Shown here: piece after piece, positions 36,633 through 45,990 of the stretch
How positions within the stretch are numbered: position 1 is the stretch's first letter
Layout of the letters: each line of letters starts with the position of its first letter
From: Bacilli bacterium
GTDB lineage: Bacteria > Bacillota_I > Bacilli_A > RFN20 > CAG-826
Direction: 5' to 3'
DNA length: 64,000 nt
Assembly (NCBI GenBank): GCA_024680795.1
Contig: JAILBR010000062.1
Location: 44,825-108,824, forward strand
The notes under the pieces: generated by a model
What the model was told of the DNA's origin: nothing
The model's database searches: none
The model's input: the letters and a program-made list of their open reading frames with translations, nothing else
Position numbers and translations under genes: made by a program

Positions 36633-38606
36633 ATGAAAGAGATTGACAAATTATCAATTGCAACGATCCGTTCGTTATGTATCGACATGATTAATAAGGC
36701 TAATTCTGGTCACCCTGGTATGGCTTTAGGCAGTGCTCCAGCGTTATATACCTTATTTACAAAACATTTAGTCGCTAATCCAAAAGAACCAAACTGGATT
36801 AATCGTGATAGATTTGTTTTATCAGCAGGACATGCTTCAAGCTTGCTCTATGCTATGCTTCATTTATCAGGTTATGAATTATCTTTAGATGATTTGAAAT
36901 CTTTTAGACAACTTGATTCATTAACTCCAGGTCATCCAGAATATCACCACACCAAAGGTGTAGACGCTACTAGTGGTCCTTTAGGACAAGGTATTGCTCA
37001 AGCTGTTGGCATGGCGATGGCGGAAGCTTCAATTGCTGCCAACTATGAAGATGGCCAAACTTTAATGAATCACTATACATATGCTTTATGTGGCGATGGT
37101 TGCTTACAAGAAGGCATTTCTCAAGAAGCAATCTCCTTAGCAGGGCACCAAAAACTTAATAAATTAATTTTAATTTATGATGCTAACCAAGTCACTCTTG
37201 ATGGCGCATTAGACTTATCTTTCTCTGAATGTGTTAAGAATCGTTTCATTGCTAGCGAGTGGAATGTTATCGATGTTGCTGATGGAAATGATATTGATGC
37301 GATCGATAAGGCTTTATCCGAAGCTAAAAAGAGCAAAGATAAACCAACTATGATTTGCATTCACACAGTTATTGGCTATGGAAGTAGCAAACAAGGAACA
37401 AGCAAAGTTCATGGCTCTCCTTTAGGAGCAGAAGATGGAAAACACGCAAAAGTCGACGTTTATGGCTTTGAACATGAAGACTTCTTTATTCCTGAAGAAG
37501 TTAGGAAACACTTTGAAGAAAGCTTTGTAAAACGTGGACAAGAAGCTTATGAAAAATATCAAAAAGACTTCGCTTCTTATTCTGAGAAGCATAAAACCGA
37601 AGCTAAACGCTTTGAATCTTTACAAAATTTAGATTTGTCTAAATATATTCCAGAAGAACTTCCAGAATTTACCGAAGGAAGTGCAACTAGCACTCGTGTC
37701 GCTAGCGGAAAAGCATTAAATGCTTATATGTTATCCGCTCCAATGTTAGTTGGTGGAAGCGCTGATGTTGCTGGTAGTGTTATGACTAAACTCGAAGGTG
37801 GGGTCAACTTTGATTCAGAACATCGTCAAGGTCATAATGTTAACTGGGGAATTAGAGAATTTGCAATGGCTTCCGCACAAAATGGTATGCTTTTACATGG
37901 TGGAATCAGAACTTATGTTGGATGTTTCGCTGTATTCAGCGATTATATGAAACCCGCTATCAGAATGGCAGCGTTATCTAACTTACCAGCCATCTATCTA
38001 TTCTCGCATGACTCAATTGCTGTTGGAGAAGATGGTCCAACACATCAACCAATTGAACAATTAGCTATGCTAAGAAGCATTCCAAACGTTAGAGTAATTA
38101 GACCAGCAGATGAAAGAGAAACTTTTGCAGCGTGGAGAGAAGCTTTATTAAGCACCAAGACGCCTACTGCCTTAATTCTTTCAAGACAAAACTTGCCATT
38201 ACTTCCTGGAAGTGACGGAGAAGGATTAAGAAAAGGTGCTTATGTTGTTTCTAAAGAGCAAAAGAAACCAGAATTAGTGCTTATCGCTACTGGTAGTGAA
38301 GTTGCTCTTGCTATCGAAGCTCAGAAAAAACTTCTTGAAAAGAAAGTCGATGTAAGAGTGGTATCAATGCCATCATGGGAACTCTTCCAAGAACAAGATA
38401 GAGAATATCAAGATAGCGTCTTGGCTTTATCAAAAGACAAGAGAGTTTCCGTTGAAATGCTCTCAACATTTGGCTGGGACAAATGGGCAGATTATCATAT
38501 GGGCATTGATAAATTTGGTACATCTGCTCCTGCTAAAGATGCGATTAAGAAATATAATTTCACAAGTGATAAACTTGTAGAAATTTGCGAAAATATTCTC
38601 CGTTAA
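36633..38606 (+). CDS. tkt: Transketolase
   Basis: TPP-binding N-terminus 'SGHPGMALG' and 'CGDGCLQEG'. 657 aa. Confidence 0.9.
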   Translation: MKEIDKLSIATIRSLCIDMINKANSGHPGMALGSAPALYTLFTKHLVANPKEPNWINRDRFVLSAGHASSLLYAMLHLSGYELSLDDLKSFRQLDSLTPGHPEYHHTKGVDATSGPLGQGIAQAVGMAMAEASIAANYEDGQTLMNHYTYALCGDGCLQEGISQEAISLAGHQKLNKLILIYDANQVTLDGALDLSFSECVKNRFIASEWNVIDVADGNDIDAIDKALSEAKKSKDKPTMICIHTVIGYGSSKQGTSKVHGSPLGAEDGKHAKVDVYGFEHEDFFIPEEVRKHFEESFVKRGQEAYEKYQKDFASYSEKHKTEAKRFESLQNLDLSKYIPEELPEFTEGSATSTRVASGKALNAYMLSAPMLVGGSADVAGSVMTKLEGGVNFDSEHRQGHNVNWGIREFAMASAQNGMLLHGGIRTYVGCFAVFSDYMKPAIRMAALSNLPAIYLFSHDSIAVGEDGPTHQPIEQLAMLRSIPNVRVIRPADERETFAAWREALLSTKTPTALILSRQNLPLLPGSDGEGLRKGAYVVSKEQKKPELVLIATGSEVALAIEAQKKLLEKKVDVRVVSMPSWELFQEQDREYQDSVLALSKDKRVSVEMLSTFGWDKWADYHMGIDKFGTSAPAKDAIKKYNFTSDKLVEICENILR

Positions 38607-38620
38607 TCGGAACAAAAATG

Positions 38621-38649
38621 AAAAGTAGTGGCTTGCCATTACTTTTTTC
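38621..38649 (+). terminator. Rho-independent terminator after tkt
   Basis: Stem aaaagtagtgg/ccattactttt (one G-U pair) followed by TT. Confidence 0.65.
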
Positions 38650-38652
38650 TTT

Positions 38653-38681
38653 TTGCTTTCTCGTAAGCGTGCATATATAAT
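38653..38681 (+). promoter_or_regulatory. Promoter TTGCTT-17-TATAAT for the nusB-xseA-xseB(-dxs) operon
   Basis: Hexamers at 38653-38658 and 38676-38681. SD GGAG lies 7 nt before the nusB ATG. Confidence 0.55.
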
Positions 38682-38698
38682 ATCACTCGGAGATAAAT

Positions 38699-39118
38699 AT
38701 GCCAGTATCACGAAATCAATCACACTATATCGTTATGACCGTCATTTATAATGAATTAGTCGATTTTAAATATGGCGATAATTCTTTTGTTAGAAGCGCT
38801 CAAGAGATGCTCGAAGAATTATGTGGACAACCATATGATGAAATTGAAGCATATATCAAAAATACGGTGATGTGCTCTTTACAAAAATATGGTGATATTG
38901 TCGAAGCATATACTCCTTATTTAACAAACTGGAAATGGGAAAGGCTTCCTCTTCTCACTCAATCAATTCTTCTTATGAGCTATGCTCATTATTACTATAC
39001 CGATAAGGTTGATAAGAAAATTGTCATTAATATCGCTGTTGATCTAGCCAAAAAATATATCGATGATAAACAAGCTAAGTTTATAAACGCTATCCTTGAT
39101 AAGGGAGTATTGAAATAA
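38699..39118 (+). CDS. nusB: Transcription antitermination factor NusB
   Basis: C-terminal 'INIAVDLAKKY...KFINAILDK' matches the NusB consensus. 139 aa. Synteny with xseAB. Confidence 0.75.
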   Translation: MPVSRNQSHYIVMTVIYNELVDFKYGDNSFVRSAQEMLEELCGQPYDEIEAYIKNTVMCSLQKYGDIVEAYTPYLTNWKWERLPLLTQSILLMSYAHYYYTDKVDKKIVINIAVDLAKKYIDDKQAKFINAILDKGVLK

Positions 39119-40257
39119 TGTTTGAAACCACACCGGTTCTTTCGGTAAGTGATATCAATACATATATCAAAGCCATCCTTACTAGTGAAGAAAAACTAAA
39201 GTTTATTAGAATTCGTGGAGAAATAAGTAATTTTAAGGCCTATCCAAGTGGTCATTTTTATTTTTCTCTCAAAGATGATAACTCAGTTATCAGCGCGGTG
39301 ATGTTTAATAACTACGCTAAAAAGATCGCTTTCAGCCCTAAAAATGGGGATGAAGTCGTGGTTTTGGCTAGTGTCGATGCCTACGTTCCTAGAGGAAGCT
39401 ATAATCTCACTGTCTTTGAGATGGAATCTGTTGGGCAAGGTCAACTTTTAGTTGAATTAGAAAAACTTAAAAAGAAACTAGCGGCAGAAGGTCTATTTGA
39501 CGAATCTAGAAAAAGAAAGATCAACATCTTCCCGAAGGCAATTGGCGTAATCACTGCTCCAAATGGTGCAGCGGTTAGAGATATCGTTACCAACATCAAG
39601 AGGCGATATCCAATCGCAGACATTTATGTCTTTCCTAGCTTAGTCCAAGGTGAACAAGCCCCAAAAGAACTATTAAAAGCATTTACTAAGTCTCAGGAAT
39701 ATGACTTAGATACCTTGATAATCGGCCGTGGAGGCGGTGCTAGCGAAGATTTAAGTGCCTTTAATGATGAAACCTTAGTTAGAGCTATTGCGACCAGTAG
39801 AATGCCTGTAATCGCTGCTGTTGGACATGAAATAGATTCCACATTAGTGGATTATGTCGCTGATAAGCGTGCATCAACCCCAACAGGAGCGGCAGAACTC
39901 GCAACCGTTGATCGTCGTGAGATAGAAAAAGAGTTTGCTTATTCTTTAATGAATATGGAACAAGCTCTATATAAAAACTTAGAAAGCAAAAGAGAAGATG
40001 TTTCTTCTTTAAAAGAAGAATTAGACGAATCTATTAAGGATAAATTATCTGACTACCGTGATGAACTTGACAATCTATCTAAACAGTTAGAGATGCTAAA
40101 TCCTAAGAGCATCTTAAAAAGAGGATACTCAATCTCAACAAATAAAGATGGGAAAGTTATTACATCAGTTAACGATGTAAAAGAAAATGATATAATAGTT
40201 ACATCAGTAGGCGATGGCCAGATTATAAGTAATGTTAACAAAGTAACAAAGGAGTAG
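39118..40257 (+). CDS. xseA: Exodeoxyribonuclease VII large subunit
   Basis: N-terminal OB-fold 'IRIRGEISNFKAYPSGHFYFSLKD' and a catalytic core. 379 aa. Confidence 0.85.
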   Translation: MFETTPVLSVSDINTYIKAILTSEEKLKFIRIRGEISNFKAYPSGHFYFSLKDDNSVISAVMFNNYAKKIAFSPKNGDEVVVLASVDAYVPRGSYNLTVFEMESVGQGQLLVELEKLKKKLAAEGLFDESRKRKINIFPKAIGVITAPNGAAVRDIVTNIKRRYPIADIYVFPSLVQGEQAPKELLKAFTKSQEYDLDTLIIGRGGGASEDLSAFNDETLVRAIATSRMPVIAAVGHEIDSTLVDYVADKRASTPTGAAELATVDRREIEKEFAYSLMNMEQALYKNLESKREDVSSLKEELDESIKDKLSDYRDELDNLSKQLEMLNPKSILKRGYSISTNKDGKVITSVNDVKENDIIVTSVGDGQIISNVNKVTKE

Positions 40258-40261
40258 AAAC

Positions 40262-40459
40262 ATGAGTGAACAAAAAATCAGTTTTGAAAATGAATTAAAT
40301 CGCCTTAAAGATATAGTGGATAAAATCCAAGATGAGACTTTGCCTCTAGAAGAAAGCATTAAACTTTACGAAGAAGGAAATAAGATTATTGCTACTCTTT
40401 CTTCATTATTAAAGGAAGCAGAATCGAAAGTAGAAAATATTGTTACAATCAATAAATAA
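40262..40459 (+). CDS. xseB: Exodeoxyribonuclease VII small subunit
   Basis: 65-aa helical protein 'FENELNRLKDIVDKIQDETLPLEESIKLYEEG'. Directly follows xseA. Confidence 0.8.
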   Translation: MSEQKISFENELNRLKDIVDKIQDETLPLEESIKLYEEGNKIIATLSSLLKEAESKVENIVTINK

Positions 40460-40502
40460 TTAAATTTCGTAGTAGAAAATTAGTATTTAGTTAGTATTTG
40501 TT

Positions 40503-42350
40503 ATGGCTAAAAAAGAATTAAGAAAAATAGACTTAAAGGGAATTGAGAATCCAGAGTTTTTGAAGGACTTATCCTATAAAGAACTCGATCTTTTAAGTGA
40601 GGATATCAGAAACTATATTCTTGATTCCACAAGCGACAATGGAGGACACGTTTCTTCAAATTTAGGAACAGTAGAGACCATCATTTCCTTATGCCGTAAC
40701 TTTGATTTCTTAAAAGATAAGATTATCTTTGATGTTGGACATCAATGCTATACTTATAAGATTTTGACAGGTCGTTCTTTAGAACGATTAAGAAAAAAAG
40801 ATGGTATTAGCGGTTTTCAAAAGATATCTGAATCTCCTTATGATCACTATGAATGTGGACATTCATCTACATCCATCAGTGTTGCCTGTGGATTAGCTGC
40901 TGCCAGAGATTTGAATAAAGAAAACTATGAAGTTATCGCTTTTATTGGTGATTCTTCTATCTCTAATGGCTTAGCTTATGAAGGCTTAAACTATCTTGCT
41001 AATTCAGGACATAAGGTTATTATCGTATTAAACGATAATGGCATGTCTATTTCTAAACCTGTTGGTGGATTGAGCAGCCTATTTAGAAAATTCTCTGTAT
41101 CTGGTGTCTATACAAAGAGTAAATCAGGAGTAAGAAGACTTTTACAATTAACAAGACCTGGCCGCTGGACACTTAGACATTTAAGCAATGTCAAAAACTG
41201 GTTTAAACGCAAACTCATCACCTTAACATATTTTGAATCATTAGGCTATAAACTAATCGGCCCTGTAGAAGGGCATTATATCAAAGATTTAGATAAAGCC
41301 TTTGCTAAAGCAAAGAAGATTAATTCTTCGGTTGTTGTTCATGTTAAGACCATTAAAGGAAAGGGCTATCCATTTGCAGAAAACGATCAAATCGGTGATT
41401 GGCATGGCTTATCTTCTTTTAATAAAGAAACAGGCCACATTATCGTTAGAGAAGATAAACTTACTTGGAGTGAACAATATAAAGCTATTCTTGCCGAAGA
41501 GATGTCTTTAGATGAAAAATTAATCACAATCGTCGCCGCTACAGGACATGGATCTGCTTTAGATGATATCTTTAAGAACTTCCCAAATCGTTCAATTGAT
41601 GTTGGTATTGCAGAAGAACATGCGATTACAATGGCAGGTGGATTATCTATTTCAGGCTATAAGCCTGTGGTATCTATTTATTCAACATTCCTTCAACGTG
41701 CGTATGACGAATTATCACACGATATAGCAAGAATGAATCTAAACTTGACTCTTTTAATCGATAGAGCGGGTTTAGTAGGCGCGGATGGTGATACTCACCA
41801 AGGAATCTATGACGAAGCTTTCTTATATACAATTCCAAATGTCACAATTACCATGGCGTCTCGTATAAACGAAGCAGTTTCATTAATGAAAGAGTCTCTT
41901 TGCAATCATGGAGTGTTTGCGATTAGATATCCTAGAGAATACGCCGATGAAACAACCGATCCAGTCAAGAAGATTCCTTATGGAAGTTGGAAGAAGGAAT
42001 TAGAAGGCGAAAAAGTAGCAATCGTTTCTATGGGCCCAGTTGTTCTTACCTTAAAAGAAGAATTATTAGCTAGAAAAGCTAATGTTACCTTATATAATGC
42101 GATTTATTTACGCCCATATGATGAAAACCGTGTACAAGAACTTCTTGGCTATGAAAAGGTTGTGATTTATAACCCATACGCCACCAAAGAAGGATTTGCT
42201 AATTCGTTATCCGCTCGATTAATTGAACTTGGTTATAAAGGCACACTTAAAGTAATAGCGATACCTGATGTTTTCGTCAGGCAAGCTTCAATCAACGAAC
42301 AAAGAGAAGAACTTGGAGTTGCCATCAAAGACGTTATCGAAGCATTATAA
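40503..42350 (+). CDS. dxs: 1-deoxy-D-xylulose-5-phosphate synthase
   Basis: Motifs 'GHQCY' and 'GHSSTSISVACGLA' with a C-terminal transketolase-like domain. 615 aa. Confidence 0.9.
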   Translation: MAKKELRKIDLKGIENPEFLKDLSYKELDLLSEDIRNYILDSTSDNGGHVSSNLGTVETIISLCRNFDFLKDKIIFDVGHQCYTYKILTGRSLERLRKKDGISGFQKISESPYDHYECGHSSTSISVACGLAAARDLNKENYEVIAFIGDSSISNGLAYEGLNYLANSGHKVIIVLNDNGMSISKPVGGLSSLFRKFSVSGVYTKSKSGVRRLLQLTRPGRWTLRHLSNVKNWFKRKLITLTYFESLGYKLIGPVEGHYIKDLDKAFAKAKKINSSVVVHVKTIKGKGYPFAENDQIGDWHGLSSFNKETGHIIVREDKLTWSEQYKAILAEEMSLDEKLITIVAATGHGSALDDIFKNFPNRSIDVGIAEEHAITMAGGLSISGYKPVVSIYSTFLQRAYDELSHDIARMNLNLTLLIDRAGLVGADGDTHQGIYDEAFLYTIPNVTITMASRINEAVSLMKESLCNHGVFAIRYPREYADETTDPVKKIPYGSWKKELEGEKVAIVSMGPVVLTLKEELLARKANVTLYNAIYLRPYDENRVQELLGYEKVVIYNPYATKEGFANSLSARLIELGYKGTLKVIAIPDVFVRQASINEQREELGVAIKDVIEAL

Positions 42351-42383
42351 AACCCATCCAGTGAATTATCGGATGGGTTTTTA
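42349..42383. terminator. Bidirectional terminator between dxs (+) and the 42399-43727 gene (-)
   Basis: Stem aacccatcc/ggatgggtt followed by TTTTT. Confidence 0.7.
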
Positions 42384-42398
42384 AATTAATAAATTAAT

Positions 42399-43727
42399 TT
42401 ATTTATCTTCAGATTTGATACTAGAAGCAAACTTACCAGCTTTAGCGCCTTTAGAGTTTCTAATTAATGCGGTAGCGCCTTGATTCTTAGTAAGAGTAGC
42501 AAGGTATTCTTCTGCTTCTTTTTTGGTTTTGAAGAGTTTAACAGCCTTTTGACCGCCGACGAAGGTGATTGCCCACATGCCATCTTCTTTTCTCTTGGTT
42601 AAGTGGTAGACCTTAGTGCCATTTTGTTCTTTAGACGCCGGCTTAGACTCTTCCTTCTTCTTGCTTTGAGGTTTCTTTTTAGGAGCAGGTTTCTTTTCCT
42701 CAGGTTTAGTTTCTTCTTTAGAAGGTTCTTCTTCAGCTGGAACTTCTTCCTTTTGCTCCTCTTCAGGCTTAACCTCTTCAACAGGTTTCTTTGTTGGAGC
42801 TTTTTTAACAGGCTTTTTCTTTTGCTTTGGTTCTGGCTTTTCTTCCTCAACCTTTTCTTCTTCTGGCTCTTGTTCTTCCTGTGCCTGAACCTCAGTCGGC
42901 ACATCTTCTATTTGTTCTTCTTCAGGCTCTTCAGAGAGTTGTTCTTCTTGTTTTTCCTCGACTGGTTGTTCTTCTAAAGATTCTTCTTCCTCTTCTTCAG
43001 CCTCTTCATCTTTTTCAATTTTGATATCATCAAAGACAACAACATTTTTGATTGGGCCATTAGTGGATCTTACCATCTCTGCTTTATAATAAGCTTTGCT
43101 TAATGAACGGTTAATTAGCCATATGATAATAGCAATGACAAGGGCAAATCCGATGAAAGCCGCTAATAAGCCATAGGCTAATGCGCCAGTAGCGATAATG
43201 CCATACCAGTCAGCGCCTTCTGCTACGAGTTTGAGATTGTAGTTAAGGATGTAGAATCCTCCATAAAGGGCAAATGGAATCATGGCTAAGAATACAACTG
43301 GGAAAGGCGCTTTATCAGATGCATCGAAGAAGATGACTGATATTAACGCAACGATTGGGAGTAAGAAAACCAAGTAGAATGAAGCGCTCGTAAATGAGAA
43401 ACCACCAAGCGCAGCAACGACATCCGCTCCATTAGCAACCGCGATAATAACAGAAGCAAATAGTGAGACCATCACGCTGGCAACGGCAATCATCTTTAAG
43501 ACGAATAAGCATCTTGGGAATTTTCTCTCCTTGATTGCAAAACTAATATTAACTGGAATGCATAATAAGCTGACTAATGCTAAAAGTAGCGCAGAGTCAA
43601 CTGCATACATCACAAATCCGTTAACTAATGCATCTGGTTGAGTCACGCCTATACCAGCAGCAACTAAACCAACGATGATAACGTTAAATATTAACGCTAA
43701 AACATTTAAAGCTCGTGCATTTTTCAT
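42399..43727 (-). CDS. Hypothetical membrane protein: polytopic N-terminus, E/K/P-rich low-complexity linker, C-terminal DUF2188-like domain
   Basis: 442 aa. The C-terminal 'KVYHLTKRKEDGMWAITFVGGQKAVKLFKTKKEAEEYLATLTKNQGATALIRNSKG' resembles DUF2188. RBS AAGGAG. Confidence 0.55.
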   Translation of the reverse strand: MKNARALNVLALIFNVIIVGLVAAGIGVTQPDALVNGFVMYAVDSALLLALVSLLCIPVNISFAIKERKFPRCLFVLKMIAVASVMVSLFASVIIAVANGADVVAALGGFSFTSASFYLVFLLPIVALISVIFFDASDKAPFPVVFLAMIPFALYGGFYILNYNLKLVAEGADWYGIIATGALAYGLLAAFIGFALVIAIIIWLINRSLSKAYYKAEMVRSTNGPIKNVVVFDDIKIEKDEEAEEEEEESLEEQPVEEKQEEQLSEEPEEEQIEDVPTEVQAQEEQEPEEEKVEEEKPEPKQKKKPVKKAPTKKPVEEVKPEEEQKEEVPAEEEPSKEETKPEEKKPAPKKKPQSKKKEESKPASKEQNGTKVYHLTKRKEDGMWAITFVGGQKAVKLFKTKKEAEEYLATLTKNQGATALIRNSKGAKAGKFASSIKSEDK

Positions 43728-43888
43728 AAAATTCTCCTTTGTTGACCTAAAAAATTATAATTCTTTTAGAAAAAATATTCCATATCATATTTTTTAGGCT
43801 AATTTTTAAGTCCCAATTCCCAAATAGATAAAGAAATTATTATAGTTATTAGTTAACATAATCTAAACATTCATTATATAATAATGGC

Positions 43889-45073
43889 ATGTCAAAGGTT
43901 ATTGTTCACATCGATTTAAACGCTTTCTTTGTTAGAGCGGAAGAAATTAAAGACCCATCATTAATCGGTAAAGCTGTCGCTATCGGACATAATGGCCGAG
44001 CGGGTATTGTTTCAACTTGCTCATATAAAGCAAGGGAATATGGAGTAAGAAGTGGAATGCCAATGAATAAAGCAGTTAAATTATGTCCTAATTTACTAAT
44101 CATTCCAGGAGATTATCGTTTTTACGCTGCTTTATCATATGAGTTCAAGTATTTTATTAGAACATATACTAAACTGGTGGAATCCGCTTCGGTAGATGAA
44201 GTTTACGCCGATTTTACAAATGTAGTAAAAGGCATTGATGATGTTGAAGGCTTCTTTAAAAAACTACAAGAAGATTTATATGAAAAGACTGAACTAAAGT
44301 GTTCCATAGGCATTGGACCTACAAAGTTTTTAGCCAAAATGGGTAGCGATTATAAAAAGCCAATGGGCATTACTATCATCAGAAGAAAAGATATTAAAAA
44401 GATTTTATATCCAATACCAATTGGTGACATGTATGGAATAGGGAAGAAAACTGCTCCTAGATTGATATCTATTGGCATAAACACCATAGGTGATTTAGCG
44501 GATAGGCTCAATAACAACGATGAAGAAACCCTTAATGTTTTAGGGAAATTTTCTACTGTCTTAAAAGACTGGATCAATGGCTATGGAGAAGATGAAATCA
44601 TCACCGAATATGATGATCCTAAATCAATCGGTAACTCCACAACCTTAAAAGAAGACACAAATAACTTAGATATCATCGGTGAAACTTTTGAGATGTTATC
44701 ACAAGAAGTTAGTATGAGGGCAAAAAGAGATCATTTGATGGGCACCACAATCCAAATAATGGCGAAAGATACAAATTACCAAGCCCATAATAAATCGATA
44801 ACTTTTGATACCCCGACAAATGATCAAAGTTTTATCGCTCGACAAGCGATTAAATTATATGAGAAAAACTATTCTAACATGCTCGTAAGAGCGGTAGGTG
44901 TGACTTTACAAAACCTCACCTCACCAAAAGATTTAGCAATTCAGATGACCTTTTTTGATTATGAAATGCATGAAGAAGAGAATAGAACTAAACTTATCAT
45001 AAATGATATCAATCGAAAAATTGGTAGTAATGTCGTAACCAGAGCAAGCGAAGTTAAGAGGAAGAAAAAATGA
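43889..45073 (+). CDS. dinB: DNA polymerase IV (Y-family)
   Basis: 'MSKVIVHIDLNAFFVRAEE' and a catalytic core. 394 aa. A TATAAT -10 box ends 6 nt upstream of the ATG. Confidence 0.9.
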   Translation: MSKVIVHIDLNAFFVRAEEIKDPSLIGKAVAIGHNGRAGIVSTCSYKAREYGVRSGMPMNKAVKLCPNLLIIPGDYRFYAALSYEFKYFIRTYTKLVESASVDEVYADFTNVVKGIDDVEGFFKKLQEDLYEKTELKCSIGIGPTKFLAKMGSDYKKPMGITIIRRKDIKKILYPIPIGDMYGIGKKTAPRLISIGINTIGDLADRLNNNDEETLNVLGKFSTVLKDWINGYGEDEIITEYDDPKSIGNSTTLKEDTNNLDIIGETFEMLSQEVSMRAKRDHLMGTTIQIMAKDTNYQAHNKSITFDTPTNDQSFIARQAIKLYEKNYSNMLVRAVGVTLQNLTSPKDLAIQMTFFDYEMHEEENRTKLIINDINRKIGSNVVTRASEVKRKKK

Positions 45074-45948
45074 TGGAAATAGTGGACGCAATCGACTTAT
45101 TTAGACAATATCTTCTCGTGGAAAAAGGTCTTTCTAAAGAAACAGTAAAAAACTATTTAAATGATCTTAAAATCTTTTTTGCTCTTTTTCCTGACTATAA
45201 ATATGTGGAAGATTTAACTGGCGGAGAACTAAAGATTTTCTTCAGATATGAGATAAACGAAGGTAGAGAAATATCAACTGCCTTAAGAAGATTATCTTCT
45301 ACTCGTAGTTTTTATCTTTTCTTAAAGAAAGATGGATATTATAAAGATGAGATTCCAGAATTTGAGGTTGCTAAAAAGCCTTCGAGATTACCAAACTGTC
45401 TATCCATTGAAGAAGTCGAAGCACTTTTAGACGCTCCTGATATGAAAACTGATACAGGAATTAGAGATAAAGCTATGCTTGAACTTATGTATGCTTCTGG
45501 TCTTCGTGTCAGTGAACTTGTAAACCTCGAAAAGAAAAATCTCAACTTAAACAAAGGTATAGTTACCATTTATGGTAAAGGAGCAAAGCAAAGAAAGGTT
45601 CCAGTTGGTGATTTTGCTTTAGAATATGTCGTTAAATATTTAAATGAAGTGAGAGGCAAATACGCTAAAGGAGGATCTAGCTATCTATTTTTAAATAGAA
45701 GTGGGAAGCCAATATCAAGAATCTTTTTCTATAAACAAGTTAGAAAGTATGCCGAACAAGCCGGTATCGATAAAACTATATCTCCACATACTTTAAGACA
45801 TAGTTTTGCCACTCACTTATTAGAAGGTGGAGCACAGCTCAGAGTGGTTCAAGAAATGCTTGGCCACACCAATATTGCCACCACTCAAATTTATACACAC
45901 GTTTCAACGAAACGTATTTTGAGTGCATATGATTTGTTAATGAAATGA
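45070..45948 (+). CDS. xerD: Tyrosine site-specific recombinase XerD
   Basis: C-terminal 'LRHSFATHLLEGGAQLRVVQEMLGHTNIATTQIYTHV'. xerD-deoB synteny as in Bacillus. Overlaps the dinB stop (ATGA). Confidence 0.8.
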   Translation: MMEIVDAIDLFRQYLLVEKGLSKETVKNYLNDLKIFFALFPDYKYVEDLTGGELKIFFRYEINEGREISTALRRLSSTRSFYLFLKKDGYYKDEIPEFEVAKKPSRLPNCLSIEEVEALLDAPDMKTDTGIRDKAMLELMYASGLRVSELVNLEKKNLNLNKGIVTIYGKGAKQRKVPVGDFALEYVVKYLNEVRGKYAKGGSSYLFLNRSGKPISRIFFYKQVRKYAEQAGIDKTISPHTLRHSFATHLLEGGAQLRVVQEMLGHTNIATTQIYTHVSTKRILSAYDLLMK

Positions 45949-45990
45949 AAATAATATATATTAATAATGGAAACTTTAGGAGAAGATAAA

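Noticed and set aside
42599-43024. Three overlapping 65-124-aa ORFs on both strands (42599-42904 minus, 42603-42977 plus, 42827-43024 plus)
   Set aside because: They lie inside the GAA/GAG/AAG-rich linker-coding part of the 42399-43727 gene. Their translations are low-complexity R/K/L/F repeats typical of off-frame readings of repetitive DNA.
45070-45948. Tyrosine recombinase as a possible phage or ICE integrase marking a mobile element
   Set aside because: It sits in the conserved chromosomal xerD-deoB arrangement, coupled to dinB. No att-like repeats, tRNA genes or phage genes are nearby.
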